Shown: piece by piece, positions 60,091-64,000 of the stretch
How the letters are laid out: each line of letters starts with the position of its first letter
Position numbering within the stretch: the first letter of the stretch is position 1
Origin: Phycisphaerae bacterium
Lineage (GTDB): Bacteria; Planctomycetota; Phycisphaerae; UBA1845; Fen-1342
DNA: 64,000 nucleotides
Assembly (NCBI GenBank): GCA_963675745.2
Contig: CAXXWX010000023.1
Location: 32,001 to 96,000 of the forward strand
Direction: 5' to 3'
Made by a program: the position numbers and the translations under genes
The notes under the pieces: generated by a model
Database searches by the model: none
What the model was told of the DNA's origin: nothing
Seen by the model: only the letters and a program-made list of their open reading frames with translations

Positions 60091-62145
60091 GTGATTCGTA
60101 CGTGGCAATCTGCTTTTGTCGTCGCGTGGCTCTCCCCCGCCCTGGCCGCGGCCGCCAACCTGCTGGCCAACCCGGGGTTCGAGCAGCACACCGCCGGCTG
60201 GCCCGATAGCTATGATGGCTGGGGGCACATGCAGAGCGTTGTCGCCGTGGACCTGGGCTTGCCGGCACACGGCGAAGAGCGCGTGCTGTGCGGCGAAGAC
60301 GTGTACGGTGACGCCTACAATGCCGGCGGTGTACACCAGTTCGTGCCGGCCGCGCCCGGCGAGATGTTCCGCACGCAATGCTGGATCTACCACCACACCG
60401 GTCATCTTCTGGTCGGCGACAGCTCCCTGTGGATCAAGCTCGAATTCAAGGATGCCGGCGGCGCGATCCTGGCATCGCAGTCCGTCCAGGTCATGGACGC
60501 CACGGCGCCGACGGATGTGTGGCAATTAGCCATCGGCCCCCAGGCCATCGCACCGCCCGACACGGTGAGCGCGGGGATTGTGCTGGTCTTCATGCAGCCC
60601 AATGAGACCGACGACGGAGCAGGCATCTTCGACGACGCGTTAATAGAACGCGTGGACCCGGAGACCATCGCGTATGACATGACCCAGCGCGGTCCCGCGT
60701 TTGCCGGCTTCGGCGCACAACTTTGGGGTTACTGCTACAGCCCCACCCAGCAGCTTCAGGCCCTGGACAACCTCAACACCCGCTACATCCGGCTCGAGCG
60801 CGAGAGCGCCTCGTGGTCGCAGATGCAGGTTACCCGGCAGATGACCGACCTGTTCGGCATCCAGTGGATCTACATGATCTGGAGCGCCCCGTCGCAGTTC
60901 GTCGACGCCCAGAACCGACTGCGCGACTCCCAGCTTTCAGCATTCGCACAGTGGTGGGCGGCCGAGGTGGACGAGCTGTACGACAACGGCATTCCCATCG
61001 AGTACGTCGAGCTCATGAACGAGCCGGACAGCGACGGCCAATGGAGCACCGGCATTACTCCCGTGCAGTACAACGCTCTGGTTCAGCAGGTACGGGCGGC
61101 GTTGGATAGCCATGGCCGCACTGACGTGGGCATCGTCGGCCCCGGCACGTCGAACCTCGCCAATGCGACCGGTTACCTGGTCGCACTCGACGCTGCGGGT
61201 GTCGCCGCCCACGACATCTGGTCCGCACACGCATGGGGCGCCGACGATGGTTGCGGCCCGGCCTGCATCCAGAGCGCATGGGACACCTTTGCGGACGCCG
61301 CCGCCGCCCGCGACCCGAACCTGCCGCTGTTTGTGACCGAATACGCCACGCATGAGCAGACCTGGTTCGGCGTGACGTATCCCAGTGCTGACGATTACGG
61401 CGGTTGGGACCCGAATGCCGTGTTCCCGTATTACAGCGTGACGAACACGATGCCCTACGCGGTGCGCGTCTATGGCAACACGCTTGCTCTGCTTAACGCC
61501 GGCGCGAACGCGCCTCTGATCTGGCAACTGCTCGACTTCCCGTCGGCGGTGCAGGAGGTTGGCAAGGCCTGGGGCCTGATCGACCTGTGGGGCGATCCCA
61601 AGCCGGTCTATGGCACCCTGCTGACGCTGTATCCCGAGATTCCGGTGGGAGCCCAGGCGCTCATCGGGTCTGGCACACATCCGGGCGTATATACCGGGGC
61701 ATATGTGCTCGGGAACCGGTTGGTGATCGGCCTGGCAAACGAGACCCGCTCACCACAGACTGTCACGATCCATCTGGCCGGCGCCGCCTGTGTCGAGGTG
61801 CTTTCCGCGACGGCATTCGTGCAAACCTACGCCGGCGACCCGGCCATCGGCGAGCCGGATGTCGGCACAGCCACACCCGTGAGTGTGGCGTTTGACACGA
61901 ACTTCGAGCTGACCACCACCCTGCCGGCGATCGGCACGCTCACCATCGTCGCCACGGTCACGCCGTCTGCCACGGACCTTGACGGCGATGGCAGCGTGTC
62001 GGTCGGTGACCTGCTGGTGCTCGCAGACTGCCTGGCCGGCCCGGATGTCCAGCCCGCCGCGGGCTGCGCGTGCGCCGACCTGGACGCCGACACTGATGTT
62101 GATCTGGGCGAGTATGTGCTCTTACAGGGCGCCCTCGCGCCGTAG
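60091..62145 (+). CDS. Secreted clan GH-A glycoside hydrolase (GH30-like) with N-terminal CBM-like domain and dockerin-like tail
   Basis: GTG after GGAG; NLLANPGFE domain; FAGFGAQ, WSAP, YVELMNEPD (acid/base), LFVTEY (nucleophile); DLDGDG..CLAGP..DLDADTDVD tail. Confidence 0.75.
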   Translation: MIRTWQSAFVVAWLSPALAAAANLLANPGFEQHTAGWPDSYDGWGHMQSVVAVDLGLPAHGEERVLCGEDVYGDAYNAGGVHQFVPAAPGEMFRTQCWIYHHTGHLLVGDSSLWIKLEFKDAGGAILASQSVQVMDATAPTDVWQLAIGPQAIAPPDTVSAGIVLVFMQPNETDDGAGIFDDALIERVDPETIAYDMTQRGPAFAGFGAQLWGYCYSPTQQLQALDNLNTRYIRLERESASWSQMQVTRQMTDLFGIQWIYMIWSAPSQFVDAQNRLRDSQLSAFAQWWAAEVDELYDNGIPIEYVELMNEPDSDGQWSTGITPVQYNALVQQVRAALDSHGRTDVGIVGPGTSNLANATGYLVALDAAGVAAHDIWSAHAWGADDGCGPACIQSAWDTFADAAAARDPNLPLFVTEYATHEQTWFGVTYPSADDYGGWDPNAVFPYYSVTNTMPYAVRVYGNTLALLNAGANAPLIWQLLDFPSAVQEVGKAWGLIDLWGDPKPVYGTLLTLYPEIPVGAQALIGSGTHPGVYTGAYVLGNRLVIGLANETRSPQTVTIHLAGAACVEVLSATAFVQTYAGDPAIGEPDVGTATPVSVAFDTNFELTTTLPAIGTLTIVATVTPSATDLDGDGSVSVGDLLVLADCLAGPDVQPAAGCACADLDADTDVDLGEYVLLQGALAP

Positions 62146-62171
62146 GTTATGGAGAGGAGACGACAGAACCC

Positions 62172-63729
62172 GTGATGCGCGCATGGATCAGTGCCATTGG
62201 GCTGATGGTTGCCGCCGCCGGCGTGGCACTCGCGGCGGTACAGCCCAAGCCGGACCAGGCGCCGGCCACGCCGAAGCTTGATACGACGGTTCGCATCGAC
62301 TTCGCGGAACCTGTTTCGAAGGCGTTCCTGGGCATCGGTGTGCAGTGGGCATCGTATCCGTGGTTCGAGGTCTCGCCCGCCGACTGGGAGAAGGTCACGC
62401 GGCGGGTCGAGTTCCTGCGCATGCCGATCAGCCGCGTGATGCTGGATGCGTTCTGGTACTGGCGCGGGTTTGACGCGGCGGCCGGCCGATCTTCGACTGG
62501 GACACGCCGTACATGCGCAAGCTGCACCTGCTGCTCGATTTCTGCGAGCGCAACGGGACGACGGTGATGCTGGGCGAATGGGGCCGCCCGTGCGGGGAAG
62601 GCGTCGAGCTCGCCAGTGCCGACCCGCGCTGGACAACCTCGTCGGTGAATCACTCGAGCACTTCCTGCTGCGCCGCAAGTACACCTGCATTCGCTACTAC
62701 AACCTGATCAACGAACCGCACGGCTCCTGGAGCAACATCACCGTCGAGGACTGGCACACCGCGCTGCAGAACCTCGAACGCGAGCTCAAGCCGCCGCGGG
62801 CTCGACCAGCGCGTCCGCGTCGCCGCCCCGGACGGCGACCGCTACCTGACGACGCGGTCCCTGCGCGATCCTGATCTGCGCCGTCTGACCGGGATCTACG
62901 ACGAGCACTGGTACGTGTTCCGCGAGGAGATCCACCGCGGGCTGCTCGAACTCTACGCCCGCGAGCAGTTGCGCCAGATCCGCCGCGCCGATCCCGGCAA
63001 GCCGTTCATCCTCGGCGAGATCGGGATCATGGATGGCAAGACCGAACGCGATCAGAACCCGGACGTGTTCCGCTTCTGGTACGGCCTGACCATGGCCGAC
63101 GCCGCGATTCAGGCCCTGCGGGCCGGCGTTGAGCGGCGTCATCGCCTGGAACCTCGACGACGCCATGTACTTCCTCGGCGACGGCGAGGAGTACATGAAC
63201 GCCCTGACCGACGAAGCCGCCGCCCGACGCCTACGACCGCCGCAAGATCTGGGGCATGTGGAACATCCTCGGCGCCGAGCACGGCCACCCGGAGGAGGAG
63301 CACGCTTCGGCCGTGGTTCTTCGCCTGGGCGGCGCTGGCACGATCGTTCCCGCCGGCTGCCAGCCGGTCGAGGTTCAAGCAACCGGCATCCCCGGCCTGC
63401 GCGTGGCAGCCGCGCGTCTGGTGTCGCCGGCCGGATACTCGATCGCGATCGTCAATCACGACAAGTGGCCGCGGCGTCTGCGCCTGCACGCGCCCGCCGC
63501 GACCGAAACACTGACGTTCGAGCGGTGGGAATACCGCGATAAGGACGGCGACGAGCGCGTGGATTGCTGGCCCGTAACGGTGGATGCCGACGGGCGCGAT
63601 ATCTTTCCCCGCCCGGTGGGACAACTCCGGGATGTACGGATGACGGACGGTTTGACGCTGGATGTCCCTGCCAACACCCTGCTGGTGCTGACCACGGTGG
63701 TGACTGAGACACCGGCCAACTCGAACTGA
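62172..63729 (+). pseudogene. Clan GH-A glycoside hydrolase-like gene broken by several frameshifts (possibly sequencing artefacts)
   Basis: Consecutive fragments in different frames: signal peptide plus FLGIGVQW; VMLGEWG; IRYYNLINEP; KPFILGEIG; GVIAWNLDDAM; WGMWN; LRPWFFAW; C-terminal beta domain. Confidence 0.65.
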
Positions 63730-63744
63730 GAGGCGCGACGAGCA

Positions 63745-64000
63745 ATGGCGACACTGAACAGCCTGGATTACACGATCATCAGCCTGTACATCGTGGGCCT
63801 GGTGGTGTTGGGCGTGTGGTTCCGGCGGCTGGCCTCGCGGAACATGGACTCCTATTTCCTGGCGGAAAAGCGCCTGCCCTGGTGGATGCTCGGCATTTCC
63901 GGCATGGGCTATTCGCTCGACCTCGCCGGGACCATGGTCATCATCTCGCTGCTGTACATCTTCGGCCCGCGCGGCCTGTTCATCGAATTCCGCGGCGGCC
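63745..64000 (+). CDS. Sodium:solute symporter family protein (3' end outside window)
   Basis: MATLNSLDYTIISLYIVGLVVLGVWFRRLASRNMDSYFLAEKRLPWWMLGISG, a typical SSS N-terminus; absent from the ORF track because it is truncated. Confidence 0.85.
   Translation, partial: MATLNSLDYTIISLYIVGLVVLGVWFRRLASRNMDSYFLAEKRLPWWMLGISGMGYSLDLAGTMVIISLLYIFGPRGLFIEFRGG

Noticed and set aside
380..61680. Many long antisense or alternate-frame ORFs (for example 380-1612, 4393-5952, 5953-7932, 15144-16895, 29130-30479, 52190-53674)
   Set aside because: Expected shadows of real genes in high-GC DNA; Arg/Ala-rich with no motifs.

Overview
GC-rich bacterial DNA. The DUF1559-type prepilins, PEP-CTERM proteins, CxxCGYDLRG zinc finger and dockerin-like C-terminal tails point to Planctomycetota, probably Phycisphaerae (inference). 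About 9-34 kb is mostly housekeeping: glycosylasparaginase, gmhA-hldE, sucC, rarA, 5-FTHF cyclo-ligase, nadB, a radical SAM protein, queA, a stand-alone fusA, mrdA-rodA and an SLC13 permease; trpA lies at 46-47 kb. The flanks carry accessory surface and glycan genes. Main observations: (1) a tRNA-Ile2(CAU) gene is split after U33 by a 376-nt ORF-less group I intron, and its P6 region holds a heptamer-repeat hairpin also found intergenically; (2) three different extracellular domains each occur twice, once with a PEP-CTERM anchor and once in a protein with a dockerin-like module, in two loci that each contain a DUF1559 prepilin; (3) one such locus is led by a Fur/Zur-like box and a His-rich DUF2946-like peptide ending in RPPP, suggesting metal capture; (4) the other is a LacI-controlled glycan locus that includes a 1100-aa protein with nested repeat domains; (5) palindromic and heptamer repeats are common, including a 92-bp direct repeat whose adjacent hairpin loop is inverted between copies and an in-frame 120-bp insertion in a signal peptide. 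Five genes are frameshifted, probably by sequencing errors. No CRISPR array, transposase, integrase or rRNA was seen. All family assignments are by eye, without database searches.
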